Shown here: one piece after another, positions 19,179-28,279 of the stretch | Position numbering within the stretch: the first letter of the stretch is position 1 | Layout: the number at the start of each line of letters is the position of its first letter | Source: Anaerolineales bacterium | GTDB lineage: Bacteria; Chloroflexota; Anaerolineae; Anaerolineales; UBA4823 | NCBI GenBank assembly: GCA_025057645.1 | Contig: JANXBJ010000006.1 | Location: 8,142-72,141, forward strand | Direction: 5' to 3' | DNA length: 64,000 nucleotides | The notes under the pieces: generated by a model | Told to the model about the DNA's origin: nothing | What the model saw: only the letters and a program-made list of their open reading frames with translations | Databases searched by the model: none | Made by a program: the position numbers and the translations under genes

Positions 19179-19823
19179 ATGTCGCTGTTCTACATCTTTG
19201 TCGGTGTCACCGGGCTTTTTCTAACTCTCCTTATCCTCTTGCGTGCAACCACCGAGTTGCTCGCTCGACCGAGGATTTTCTCCGTGGAGGAGGTTCCTTC
19301 GGCACCGGTCGCTATTGTATTCGGAGCCGGCCTACGCCGGGATGGGCAACCGACAACCGTGCTTCGAGACCGGGTGATGATGGCCGCCCGGCTCTACGCC
19401 AGCGGCAAAGCGCAAAAACTGCTCATGAGCGGCGACAACCGTTTTATCAATTACAATGAACCCCAAGCCATGCGGGAATACGCTCGCTCCCTAGGCGTAC
19501 CTGACGAAGACATTATTTCAGATTACGCTGGTAGGAGCACTTACGAGACTTGCTACCGCGCCAAGGCCATCTTCGGCGTTAAGGAGGCGATCTTAATAAC
19601 CCAGCGATTTCACCTTCCCCGAGCACTATACACTTGCCACAGGCTCGGTATCGAAGCCCGAGGGGTTGCAGCAGATAGGCACCCTTACCAACGCAGCGCC
19701 GTTTGGTTTTGGCAACTTAGAGAATTACTTGCCACTCTGAACGCCTTTTGGGAAATCCATATCTACCGTCCTCTCCCCATCCTAGGTGATCCTGAACCCA
19801 TCTTTCCGGAGAAGAAACCATGA
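19179..19823 (+). CDS. SanA/YdcF (DUF218) family membrane protein
   Basis: N-terminal TM, then AIVFGAGL...SGDNRF..YNEPQAM..YA...GVP..DI..DYAG.STYETC pattern. ATG at 19179 after a TGgTAAAAT box (the ORF opens at TTG 19158). Confidence 0.75.
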   Translation: MSLFYIFVGVTGLFLTLLILLRATTELLARPRIFSVEEVPSAPVAIVFGAGLRRDGQPTTVLRDRVMMAARLYASGKAQKLLMSGDNRFINYNEPQAMREYARSLGVPDEDIISDYAGRSTYETCYRAKAIFGVKEAILITQRFHLPRALYTCHRLGIEARGVAADRHPYQRSAVWFWQLRELLATLNAFWEIHIYRPLPILGDPEPIFPEKKP

Positions 19824-20392
19824 ACCGTGAACAAGCCTTAGAGATCGTTCGCGAGTATGTTAAGAACGAAAACCTGATCCGGCACATGATAGCCGTTGAA
19901 GCTGCCATGCGGTACTACGCTGAGAAGTTCAACGAGGACCCGGAAAAATGGGGGATAGCGGGCTTGTTGCACGATTTCGATTACGAAATCCACCCTACGC
20001 TGGACGCCCACCCTCAAGAGGGCGCTCCTATCCTGCGCGCCAAAGGCGTGCCCGAAGAAATTGTGCGCGCCATCCTGAGCCATGCAGATCATACCGGTGT
20101 CCCGAGAGTGTCGCTGATGGAGAAGGCTCTCTATGCCTGTGACGAGATTACCGGCTTGGTCATTGCAGTGGCGCTCGTCCGTCCTTCCCGCTCATTAGAC
20201 GATCTCGAGGTTTCATCGGTCAAGAAAAAGTGGAAAGACAAAGCTTTCGCAGCGGGCGCCAACCGAGCCGAGATCGAAAAAGGAGCACAAGAATTGGGCA
20301 TCGACCTTTGGGAGCACGTTGGCAATGTTATTCTTGCCATGCGCCGGGTGGCAAAGGATTTAGGGTTCCAGTCGGTGAACCCCTCCCCGTAG
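19820..20392 (+). CDS. HD-domain phosphohydrolase
   Basis: H...HD (GLLHDFDYE) and SHADH motifs. ATGA overlap with the upstream gene. Confidence 0.75.
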   Translation: MNREQALEIVREYVKNENLIRHMIAVEAAMRYYAEKFNEDPEKWGIAGLLHDFDYEIHPTLDAHPQEGAPILRAKGVPEEIVRAILSHADHTGVPRVSLMEKALYACDEITGLVIAVALVRPSRSLDDLEVSSVKKKWKDKAFAAGANRAEIEKGAQELGIDLWEHVGNVILAMRRVAKDLGFQSVNPSP

Positions 20393-20446
20393 CCCTTAGC
20401 CGAGTTCCTCTCGACCTCTAAAGCAATTTGATCTCTTTGACAATCT

Positions 20447-21397
20447 GTGATACACTATCTAAAGACGGCTATACGAAGTCTAACCGAGCCTGAAATGGAC
20501 TCTGAGAATCTGTCTGCTCACCTAAGCTCCGAATCCACTCTTCCCCCCGCAATTCAGGGCTGGAAGATTTATTTAGCTGACCAAGGCAATTCAATCCATA
20601 CGATCAAAGCTTTCGTTCACGACCTAGAGATTCTAGCCCAATTCTTATCTCCCACTCGGACACTCGGAAGCATTACTACTGCCGATCTGAATCACTTCCT
20701 CAACTGGCTTCAAAAAGGGCGCGGTGTCCCGTGCAGCCCTAAAACCCTCTCTCGGCGGGTCACTTCTCTAAAATCCTTTTTCCGCTGGCTTCATCAACAT
20801 GCCGTTCTGCCTCACAATCCGGCCGAAAAGGTGATCCAGCGCTCGGTGATCAGCCCGCTCCCGATAGTCCTTACTCCCTCGGAAGTAGAACGTGTGATGG
20901 AGATCTGCCGAGAGCATCGCCGAGCGAAAAAGCCTGACGCTCGCTACTTCACCCTGTTTTACCTTTTGATCTCTACCGGGATTAAGAAAACCGAATGTTT
21001 AGGCATCAACCTCAACCACTTGGAGCTTCAACACTCTCCCCCGTTTCTCTTCGTGCGCTATTCCAATCCTCAATATCGCTATAAAGAGCGAAAAATCCCC
21101 TTGCCACTCGATTGGGTGGAAGGGTTTGAAGAATATCGCGCTCAGTATCAAATCCAAGATCGTCTCTTCCCTTGGTCTCAACGGCGCCTCGAATACCTCC
21201 TCGAAGACCTTTCCGAACAGGCTGGTTTGGAGAAGCATATCTCTTTCGACATGTGCCGTTGGACCTGTGCTTTGCTTGACCTCCAGAGTGGTATGGAGAA
21301 AAACGCCATTCGACAGAAACTCGGTCTTTCAAAGGTCCAATGGCGGGAAGTGGGAATGAAACTTGACCAATTAGCCGCTTCCATTCTCGCCGGATAG
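20447..21397 (+). CDS. Tyrosine recombinase (XerC/D)-fold protein lacking catalytic residues
   Basis: SAM-like N-domain (HTIKAFVHDLEILAQFL). The C-domain is alignable to Xer, but STGIKKTE has K in place of Arg-I, LGL replaces LGH, and there is no Tyr in the last 52 aa. GTG start. Confidence 0.7.
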   Translation: MIHYLKTAIRSLTEPEMDSENLSAHLSSESTLPPAIQGWKIYLADQGNSIHTIKAFVHDLEILAQFLSPTRTLGSITTADLNHFLNWLQKGRGVPCSPKTLSRRVTSLKSFFRWLHQHAVLPHNPAEKVIQRSVISPLPIVLTPSEVERVMEICREHRRAKKPDARYFTLFYLLISTGIKKTECLGINLNHLELQHSPPFLFVRYSNPQYRYKERKIPLPLDWVEGFEEYRAQYQIQDRLFPWSQRRLEYLLEDLSEQAGLEKHISFDMCRWTCALLDLQSGMEKNAIRQKLGLSKVQWREVGMKLDQLAASILAG

Positions 21398-21413
21398 CTC
21401 GGCTGTTGAGGAT

Positions 21414-22838
21414 TTAGCCGCTGGGGAGGAGCGTTATGTGAAGTGCTTTGCGAGTGTCAGGTCTAAGCTGGGCTGAATGGGCGATAGTGTATCCTGGCAC
21501 CCAAAGGATTTCGCTTTCGCTGCACACCAACGGGTAGGCTTTACGCAACCAGAAGGGAACTTTGCGATTGATAAAAACGTCAGAAAGCTTGGTCTGCTGC
21601 CCATGCATCGAAAGCGGCCGGAAGCGGTCTCCGGGACGTGGTGGGCGGATAAACACCCCTCCCTTACAGGCTTCGAAGTCTATCCAGGCCTCATAAGGCT
21701 GGACTTGCCTTTGCTTCATCGCCAAATAAGGTTGACCTTCCACTACCTCAACTTGCACAAGCCAGTTCTCCCCAAGAGTAACTCTGCCCGAGAGCGGGAC
21801 CACCAACACCTCATCGCTCTCTAACTGAGGATATCCCAACGAGGGCAAGCTCGCACCTAGCTTCAGGAAATATCCCTGATCTCTATCCTTTAGACAGAGC
21901 AGACGGCCACCGACTTGGCGGCGCAAAACCCCTTCAGCCAGCAAAACATCGATCAGTTCTTCAACCCAAGTAAATTCGAGATCGGCTAAACTTCCCACCA
22001 CAAATTGCCAAGCTCGCCGGATTACCCTCCTTTGGATGGGCCGAGGAACTCGGCCAAACTTTGCCAAGTTAAGACCCAGCACTTTTGCAGGATGCTCCAC
22101 AACGATCTCGCGCCAAGCCAACTCCAACTGTGCGTCCAAGACCTCTTCTTCATCAGCAAGAATGCACGAGGTCTGCCAGAGCAGCTTGCGAATTTGCGGA
22201 TTATATGACTCAAGCTGGGGAAGGAGCGAATTGCGAATGCGGTTCCGCAGGTAGGCGTTGTCCAAGTTCGACTCGTCCCAGAACGGTTGAAGCTCCCTTT
22301 GAGCGAGGTAGTCCATAATCTGTGCACGCCACACGGAAAGGAGGGGTCGAATCAGCGGGATCGTTGCGCTCCAAGGGTTTGGCAAGAGAGAAACCCTCAT
22401 TCCTCTCAGTCCCTCTCCTCCTGCTCCGCGCAACAGCCGCATCAAGAAGGTTTCCACTTGGTCATCTGCCGTATGGGCAACTAACACCGCTTTAGCCTGA
22501 ATGCGGTGCGCCTCCTCAAACAGGAAGCGATAGCGGCAATGGCGCGCAGCTTCCTCTATGCTCATAGAGTTCTCCCGAGCGTAAGCAATAACATCAACCC
22601 TGCGGGAAACAAAAGGGACTCCTAGGCGAGAGGCAATTTCCCTAACTCCCTCCTCTTCGACATGCGCAGCCGGGCGCAATTGATGGTTCAAGTGAGCAAC
22701 CATCATCCGCCAACCTGCCTCGTAAAGGGAGACCATCAGGGCGAGGCTATCCGGGCCGCCCGAAACACCCACCACAAGTTCATCGTGAGGCGCCAAATGG
22801 CACGTTTCTCGTAAAACGCTTTGGATAACGGCTAACAT
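21414..22838 (-). CDS. tilS: tRNA(Ile)-lysidine synthase
   Basis: PP-loop VGVSGGPDSLAL and the C-terminal TilS substrate domain pattern. Confidence 0.9.
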   Translation of the reverse strand: MLAVIQSVLRETCHLAPHDELVVGVSGGPDSLALMVSLYEAGWRMMVAHLNHQLRPAAHVEEEGVREIASRLGVPFVSRRVDVIAYARENSMSIEEAARHCRYRFLFEEAHRIQAKAVLVAHTADDQVETFLMRLLRGAGGEGLRGMRVSLLPNPWSATIPLIRPLLSVWRAQIMDYLAQRELQPFWDESNLDNAYLRNRIRNSLLPQLESYNPQIRKLLWQTSCILADEEEVLDAQLELAWREIVVEHPAKVLGLNLAKFGRVPRPIQRRVIRRAWQFVVGSLADLEFTWVEELIDVLLAEGVLRRQVGGRLLCLKDRDQGYFLKLGASLPSLGYPQLESDEVLVVPLSGRVTLGENWLVQVEVVEGQPYLAMKQRQVQPYEAWIDFEACKGGVFIRPPRPGDRFRPLSMHGQQTKLSDVFINRKVPFWLRKAYPLVCSESEILWVPGYTIAHSAQLRPDTRKALHITLLPSG

Positions 22839-22958
22839 CCTAGGAAAGGATTATAATTTGTTTAACCCCTGTTTGCAGCCGGGTGGCGTGCAACATGGAG
22901 GCTTCTCTGGCAGAAAAGGCTCACCAACGGCTCTTCAGGTCAATGGGAGTACATCCGA

Positions 22959-24116
22959 ATGGCTGAAAAGATTTTGATCGTGGACGACGACTTAGATACC
23001 CTCCGCCTAGTCGGTTTGATGCTGCAGAGACAAGGCTACCAGATTGTCGCTGCCAGCAATGGCCCCCAAGCTTTAGTGCTCGCCGAAAGGGAAAAACCTC
23101 ACCTCATCCTCCTCGACATTATGATGCCCGAAATGGACGGGTACGAGGTTGCCAGGCGCATCCGAGCGAATCCTGCCACAGACACAATCCCGATCATTAT
23201 GTTCACTGCAAAAGGCCAAGTGGAAGACAAAGTGATGGGCTACGAGGCGGGGGCAGACGACTATATTACCAAACCGACTCAACCGCGCGAGCTTTTCGCT
23301 AAGATAAGAGCCATTCTAGCGCGCACCCAAAAAGCCGCATCCGGACCTGCATCTGAAGTCTCCACCCCCCAAGAGCGAGGCCTACTGATCGGCATGGTCG
23401 GCGTAAAAGGAGGCGTTGGCACTACCACTGCTACCTTCAACCTCGGCCTTGCGCTCCACCAAAACAGCCAAAAGGAGGTAATTGTCGCTGAATACTCACC
23501 GGGCATTGGAACGATCGGGGTTGAGCTGGGCTACAAAGCAGCTGACGGACTAGATCGCCTCCTGGAACGCAATGAATTTGAAATCACTTCGCTTGAGATT
23601 GAAAACCATCTGATCCAGTTTGCTGCCGGCATTCGATTACTGCTTGCTTCCAGCAAACCGCTGGCACGGTTGAAAACTGCCTCGGCTACTCACTATCAAC
23701 AAATCACCCAGTTCCTTGGGGGAATGGCAAAATTTATCCTCCTAGACTTGGGAGCTTCTTTGTCGCCGCTTTTTCAGCCAATTTATCCGAAATGCAGTGT
23801 CATCTTTCTTCTGGTAGAGCCCAGCCTAGTGGGCCTTTCCCAATTCCACGCGCTTCGAGAGGCTCTGATTCACCGAGGAGTTCATCAGAGCCGAATTCAT
23901 GCTCTTGCCTATAACCGAGTGCGCTCAGATATTATGCTAACTCGCTCTCAAATCCAGGAAAGACTGGGAATAGAACTGTTCGGTATGGTTACCCCAGCTC
24001 CAGAACTAGCTCATTATGCTCTCCTAAACAACCGCCCTATGTACCTTTTGCAACCTGAGAGCATAACGGCCAGGCAATTTGACGAAGTGGCACTTAAGAT
24101 TCTGGCTCTCGCCTAG
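22959..24116 (+). CDS. Response-regulator receiver fused to a ParA/CpaE-like domain with a degenerate Walker A
   Basis: The receiver has DD, the LLDIMMP acceptor Asp, T and K. The second domain begins GMVGVKGGVGTTTATFNLG, so the GK[ST] lysine is replaced by Thr. Confidence 0.8.
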   Translation: MAEKILIVDDDLDTLRLVGLMLQRQGYQIVAASNGPQALVLAEREKPHLILLDIMMPEMDGYEVARRIRANPATDTIPIIMFTAKGQVEDKVMGYEAGADDYITKPTQPRELFAKIRAILARTQKAASGPASEVSTPQERGLLIGMVGVKGGVGTTTATFNLGLALHQNSQKEVIVAEYSPGIGTIGVELGYKAADGLDRLLERNEFEITSLEIENHLIQFAAGIRLLLASSKPLARLKTASATHYQQITQFLGGMAKFILLDLGASLSPLFQPIYPKCSVIFLLVEPSLVGLSQFHALREALIHRGVHQSRIHALAYNRVRSDIMLTRSQIQERLGIELFGMVTPAPELAHYALLNNRPMYLLQPESITARQFDEVALKILALA

Positions 24117-24122
24117 ATTTGG

Positions 24123-24908
24123 ATGTCCTCTTTTCCACCAAATCCATCGACTAGTGTCCAAAGCGCAGCAGAGATCATCCGCAAAAGCAAGCGAGGAGTC
24201 GTCCTAAGCGGGGCAGGCATTTCTACCGCTTCAGGGATTCCCGACTTTCGCTCTCCCCAAACCGGTCTATGGTCTAAGATCGAACCCTTGGAAGTCGCTT
24301 CGGCGCTCTCCTTCCGCTACGACCCGCTTCGATTTTTCGATTGGCTGCGCCCATTAGCGATTCAAGTTCTTAATGCCAAGCCCAATCCCGCCCACATGGC
24401 TGTTCACCAACTTCAACAAATGGGATACATCCATACCATCATCACCCAAAACATCGATGGTCTTCACCAGAAAGCCGGAAGTAAGAATGTGATCGAGGTG
24501 CACGGCACCCTAGAAACGATGACTTGTGTGCAATGCTTCGTCAAAGTGTCTTCACAGCCCTATCTGCAGCCATACATTGAGCAAGGCTCAATTCCCCGCT
24601 GTCCTCATTGCGAGGGGATTCTGAAACCCGATGTCATTCTCTTCGGGGAACAGATGCCCTATCAACCATGGTTAAGAGCTCAGAAGGCCAGCCGCCAGTG
24701 TGACTTGATGATTGTGGCCGGCTCCTCGCTTGAAGTACTGCCCGTTGCTAAGCTTCCCATGGAGGCCATTGAGCGCGGGGCACATCTGATTATCATCAAT
24801 CACACCCCTACCTACCTTGATGTCCGTGCTGATGTCGTCTTCTCTGAGGATGTCTCCGTGGTTTTGCCCGAAATTGTCGCCCGGTTGGTGGCCTTGAGCC
24901 GTTCCTAG
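24123..24908 (+). CDS. cobB: NAD-dependent protein deacylase (sirtuin)
   Basis: GAGISTASGIPDFRS, QNIDGLH, catalytic EVHG and the CxxC...CxxC zinc module. Confidence 0.9.
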   Translation: MSSFPPNPSTSVQSAAEIIRKSKRGVVLSGAGISTASGIPDFRSPQTGLWSKIEPLEVASALSFRYDPLRFFDWLRPLAIQVLNAKPNPAHMAVHQLQQMGYIHTIITQNIDGLHQKAGSKNVIEVHGTLETMTCVQCFVKVSSQPYLQPYIEQGSIPRCPHCEGILKPDVILFGEQMPYQPWLRAQKASRQCDLMIVAGSSLEVLPVAKLPMEAIERGAHLIIINHTPTYLDVRADVVFSEDVSVVLPEIVARLVALSRS

Positions 24909-24920
24909 GCAGGGTTTCGC

Positions 24921-26636
24921 CTAAGTTGAACCGCGTCTGCCAAACTGACGTTCCAACAGCTCGACCGAAAGATGAACCATGGTAGGCCGTCCGTGGGGAC
25001 AGGTGCGTGGAGATTGACAGGCCTCGAGGTCCCGCAGGAGAGCCTTCTGCTCCTCAGGTGAAAGACTCTGCCCAGCCTTGACCGCCGCTCGCTTGCAGAT
25101 ACGAGCGATCAAGCGCTTCTCGAGCTCTTGGCTTAGTGGCTCCTCGTTTTCTTCAAAATCTTCCACCACTGCGCGCAGAGCATAGGCCCCATCCACCCCA
25201 GCGAAGAGCGCCGGAATAGCACGGACTTGATAGACATTCAAGCCAAAGGGCACAACCTCAAAGCCCAAGCGAGAGAGGGGAGGGAGGAGCTCCTCCAACA
25301 TCTGCGCCTGAGCCGGGCTGAGAGTCAAAAGGCTGGGGTGCAGAAGCTCTTGGGAAGGAACCGGAGTTTGGGGTTGGCGCAAAAACTTCTCATAAAGGAC
25401 ACGTTCATGAGCTGCATGTTGGTCGATCAAATACAATCCATCCGGCCCTTCGGCGACAATATAAGCATTAGCAACCTGCCCGATCCACCGCAAGAGAGGA
25501 ACGTTTTGCTTCAAGGAGGGCGACTCAATCGACAGCCGCGGCTGAGTGCTCGACAAAAGGAAGACACTTTGTTCGCCCTTGGGAGTTTCTGGTTGCACCG
25601 CCTCTGAGGGAGGTTGCCAAACCGGGAAATGGGGGACAGAAGCCACCGAAGCCGTGGTCACCAAAGCTCTGCGCACGGCGTGTTGGACGCAACGGTATAC
25701 AAGTTGCGGATCGGCAAAGCGCACCTCTGCCTTGGTCGGATGTACATTAACATCCACTTGGGAAGGCTCAATCTCCAGAAATAGCCATACGATGGGATAA
25801 CGCCCAACCATCAGCAAGGTGTGGTAAGCTTGCATGATCGCCGAGGTCAACAGCGGGTCTTGGATTGGCCGTCGATTGACGAAGAGATGGATTTCCCGAC
25901 GGCTAGAGCGCGTTACGGTAGGGGGGCTTACAAAACCCTCTATCCGCATACGGGTCTCTTCATATACGACTTCGATCAACAAAGCTGCCTCTTCTGCACC
26001 AATCAACTGGCCAAGTATCTCGCGACGCTCTCCATTCCCGCTGCTCGTAAAACTTATCCGGCCTTCTTGGGAAAGCTGAAATTGAACCCGGGGAAAAGCC
26101 AGAGCGTAATCGAAAACGACGGCCTCGATTCGCTGCCGCTCGGTTATCTCACTCTTTAGGAATTTTCGTCTTGCCGGCACATTGAAGAATAAATCCTCCA
26201 CTCTCACAGTAGTCCCCGGCGGAGCAGCAACAGCGACGATCTGCGGCTGCGAGCCCCCATCCATCCACAACCGGTACGCCACATCTTGTGAAGCAGGACG
26301 AGAGGTGATCGTCAGACGTGAGACCGAACCGATGGAGGCCAACGCTTCCCCTCGAAAACCTAGTGTCTGTATTTGCCATAGGTCTTGGGCTGTGCGGATT
26401 TTGCTAGTGGCATGGCGACAGGTGGCCAGAGGCAAATCTTCCTTAGAAATCCCCACTCCATTATCCGAAACCTCAACCAACCGTTTGCCCGCTGCTAGAC
26501 ACTGAACGACAATTTGAGTGGCTGCAGCATCGAGTGCGTTCTCGATCAATTCTTTGACCACTGAAGCTGGCCTCTCAACCACCTCTCCAGCGGCAATTTG
26601 CGAAGCGACATCCGGCGGAAGAATTTGGATCGACAT
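24921..26636 (-). CDS. mutL: DNA mismatch repair protein MutL (endonuclease type)
   Basis: QIAAGEVVERPASVVKELIENALDA at the N-terminus, plus DQHAAHERVLYE and CPHGRP motifs in the C-terminal domain. ATG at 26636 (the ORF opens at GTG 26642). Confidence 0.95.
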   Translation of the reverse strand: MSIQILPPDVASQIAAGEVVERPASVVKELIENALDAAATQIVVQCLAAGKRLVEVSDNGVGISKEDLPLATCRHATSKIRTAQDLWQIQTLGFRGEALASIGSVSRLTITSRPASQDVAYRLWMDGGSQPQIVAVAAPPGTTVRVEDLFFNVPARRKFLKSEITERQRIEAVVFDYALAFPRVQFQLSQEGRISFTSSGNGERREILGQLIGAEEAALLIEVVYEETRMRIEGFVSPPTVTRSSRREIHLFVNRRPIQDPLLTSAIMQAYHTLLMVGRYPIVWLFLEIEPSQVDVNVHPTKAEVRFADPQLVYRCVQHAVRRALVTTASVASVPHFPVWQPPSEAVQPETPKGEQSVFLLSSTQPRLSIESPSLKQNVPLLRWIGQVANAYIVAEGPDGLYLIDQHAAHERVLYEKFLRQPQTPVPSQELLHPSLLTLSPAQAQMLEELLPPLSRLGFEVVPFGLNVYQVRAIPALFAGVDGAYALRAVVEDFEENEEPLSQELEKRLIARICKRAAVKAGQSLSPEEQKALLRDLEACQSPRTCPHGRPTMVHLSVELLERQFGRRGST

Positions 26637-26683
26637 CAGCACACTTTTCCTGATTATACCTGCCTACTCGTCCGTTTTTCAGG

Positions 26684-26689
26684 TATACT
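26684..26689 (+). promoter_or_regulatory. -10 box TATACT, 7 nt upstream of the HAD ATG (leaderless-type)
   Basis: TATACT-tttgggc-ATG with no Shine-Dalgarno. Confidence 0.4.
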
Positions 26690-26696
26690 TTTGGGC

Positions 26697-27380
26697 ATGG
26701 ACCTCGAAGTTGCCTTTTTTGACCTAGATGACACACTTTATGACAAAAAGAGCGGCTTGTGGGAAGCAATCCGTCAGCGCATGTCCCTCTACATGCACGA
26801 ACGACTCGGAATGTCCTGGGAGATCATCCCTTCCCTACGCCGCCACTACTTTGAAACGTATGGCACTACTCTACGGGGATTACAGCTCCATCACCAGGTT
26901 GACCCTGAGGATTACCTCGCCTTTGTGCACGACTTGCCCATCCATGAGTTTATCCAACCCGATCCAGAGCTACGTCATTTGATTCTCAGTATGCCGCTGC
27001 GCCGCTTCGTTTTTACCAACGCAGACCGCAACCACGCTCAACGAGTGCTGCAAAGGTTGAACCTAACGGATTGCTTCGAAGGGATCATTGACATTCGCGC
27101 AGTTCGTTTCTATTGTAAACCCGAGCCCCAAGCCTATCAAATCGCACTGGACATCGCTCAAGTTCAGAATCCCCAGCGATGCATCTACTTTGATGACACT
27201 CTGGCTAACTTGATTACAGCGCGCAAGATAGGATTTTTCACCGTTTTGGTTGGACAAGAGGACCTCGAAGGAAAAGTCGATTTGTGGGTTGAACAACTCA
27301 AAGAGCTTCCTCAAAAGTTGCCTGCCCTATGGGATAATCACCGAGGATCCAATGGTCGCACAGAGGATTTCGCTGGATGA
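26697..27380 (+). CDS. HAD-superfamily hydrolase (pyrimidine 5'-nucleotidase-like)
   Basis: FFDLDDTLY motif I, FTNA motif II and a FDD motif. ATG at 26697 (the ORF opens at 26598 inside mutL). Confidence 0.8.
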   Translation: MDLEVAFFDLDDTLYDKKSGLWEAIRQRMSLYMHERLGMSWEIIPSLRRHYFETYGTTLRGLQLHHQVDPEDYLAFVHDLPIHEFIQPDPELRHLILSMPLRRFVFTNADRNHAQRVLQRLNLTDCFEGIIDIRAVRFYCKPEPQAYQIALDIAQVQNPQRCIYFDDTLANLITARKIGFFTVLVGQEDLEGKVDLWVEQLKELPQKLPALWDNHRGSNGRTEDFAG

Positions 27381-28167
27381 AGCAGCTTCTTTGGTCCCCA
27401 GTGGGGTGATGCTGGCGCTGGGAGGGATGACCCTCTATCGTCGCCCGGTTGCTTTTGTGCGCCAATTAATTTACCAAGCACGCCACCGTAGTCCAATAGA
27501 AGGCTTGACCCTCTTAGCTTTCACCGCCGGGTTCGAATCGGACCTTCTGGTCGGGGCTAGAATGGTAGAAACAGTTCGCACGTGCTACTTTGGCTTCGAA
27601 ATTTTCGGTTTTGCTCCAATGTTTACATATTACGCCCATCAAGGATTGCTAAAAATTGTTGAAGAGACAGAAGCCAGCATCGCCTTTGGTCTTCGCGCCC
27701 AAATGGCCGGGGTTGGATTTATGCCAAGCCTAGCTTGGATCGGCACCGACTTACCCAAATTGCGGCCAGATGTCAAAACGGTCATTGACCCTTACACCGG
27801 TGAAGAGTTAACAGCATTCCCTGCAATCGAGCCAGATATTGCCGTCCTTCACGCTCTTCGAGCTGATCGGGACGGAAACGTACTCATCGGAAAGAACAAA
27901 GGCATAGATGAGGAACTAGCCCTTACAGCAAAAACCGTGATCGTCACTACCGAAGAGATCGTTCCCGAGTTGAAGGAAGCAGATATCGCCGCTCCCTTTG
28001 TCGACTACCTTGTTCATACACCTTTGGGTGCAAAACCGACCTCATGTCACCCACTCTATCCCGTGGATGGATCTGGGCTGCTGGAGTACGTCTCTAGAGT
28101 TTCCGATCCGCCCTCTTTTGAACGCTATTTAGAGCGTTGGCTTCGCCGATGCTCTAATGAACTTTAA
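27352..28167 (+). CDS. CoA-transferase alpha (A) subunit-like protein
   Basis: The N-terminal ISLDEAASLVPSGVMLALGGMTLYRRP pattern is typical of glutaconate/3-oxoacid CoA-transferase A subunits. Confidence 0.7.
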   Translation: MVAQRISLDEAASLVPSGVMLALGGMTLYRRPVAFVRQLIYQARHRSPIEGLTLLAFTAGFESDLLVGARMVETVRTCYFGFEIFGFAPMFTYYAHQGLLKIVEETEASIAFGLRAQMAGVGFMPSLAWIGTDLPKLRPDVKTVIDPYTGEELTAFPAIEPDIAVLHALRADRDGNVLIGKNKGIDEELALTAKTVIVTTEEIVPELKEADIAAPFVDYLVHTPLGAKPTSCHPLYPVDGSGLLEYVSRVSDPPSFERYLERWLRRCSNEL

Positions 28168-28279
28168 TCTTTTCCATAGAATTTGTTTACATTTTTCTGT
28201 TTTAATCAAATCACGCAGAATCACGTAGGTAGAGAACACTCAACATCCGTTGTAAGGAATTGAATCCTTAGGAGACTGT

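Noticed and set aside
24123-24908. SIR2-domain protein as a possible anti-phage NADase (Thoeris, DSR or SIR2-HerA type).
   Set aside because: It is a compact 261-aa canonical sirtuin with GAGIS, QNID, the catalytic His and a four-Cys zinc module. It has no effector or sensor fusion and no defence-gene neighbours, so it is called housekeeping CobB.
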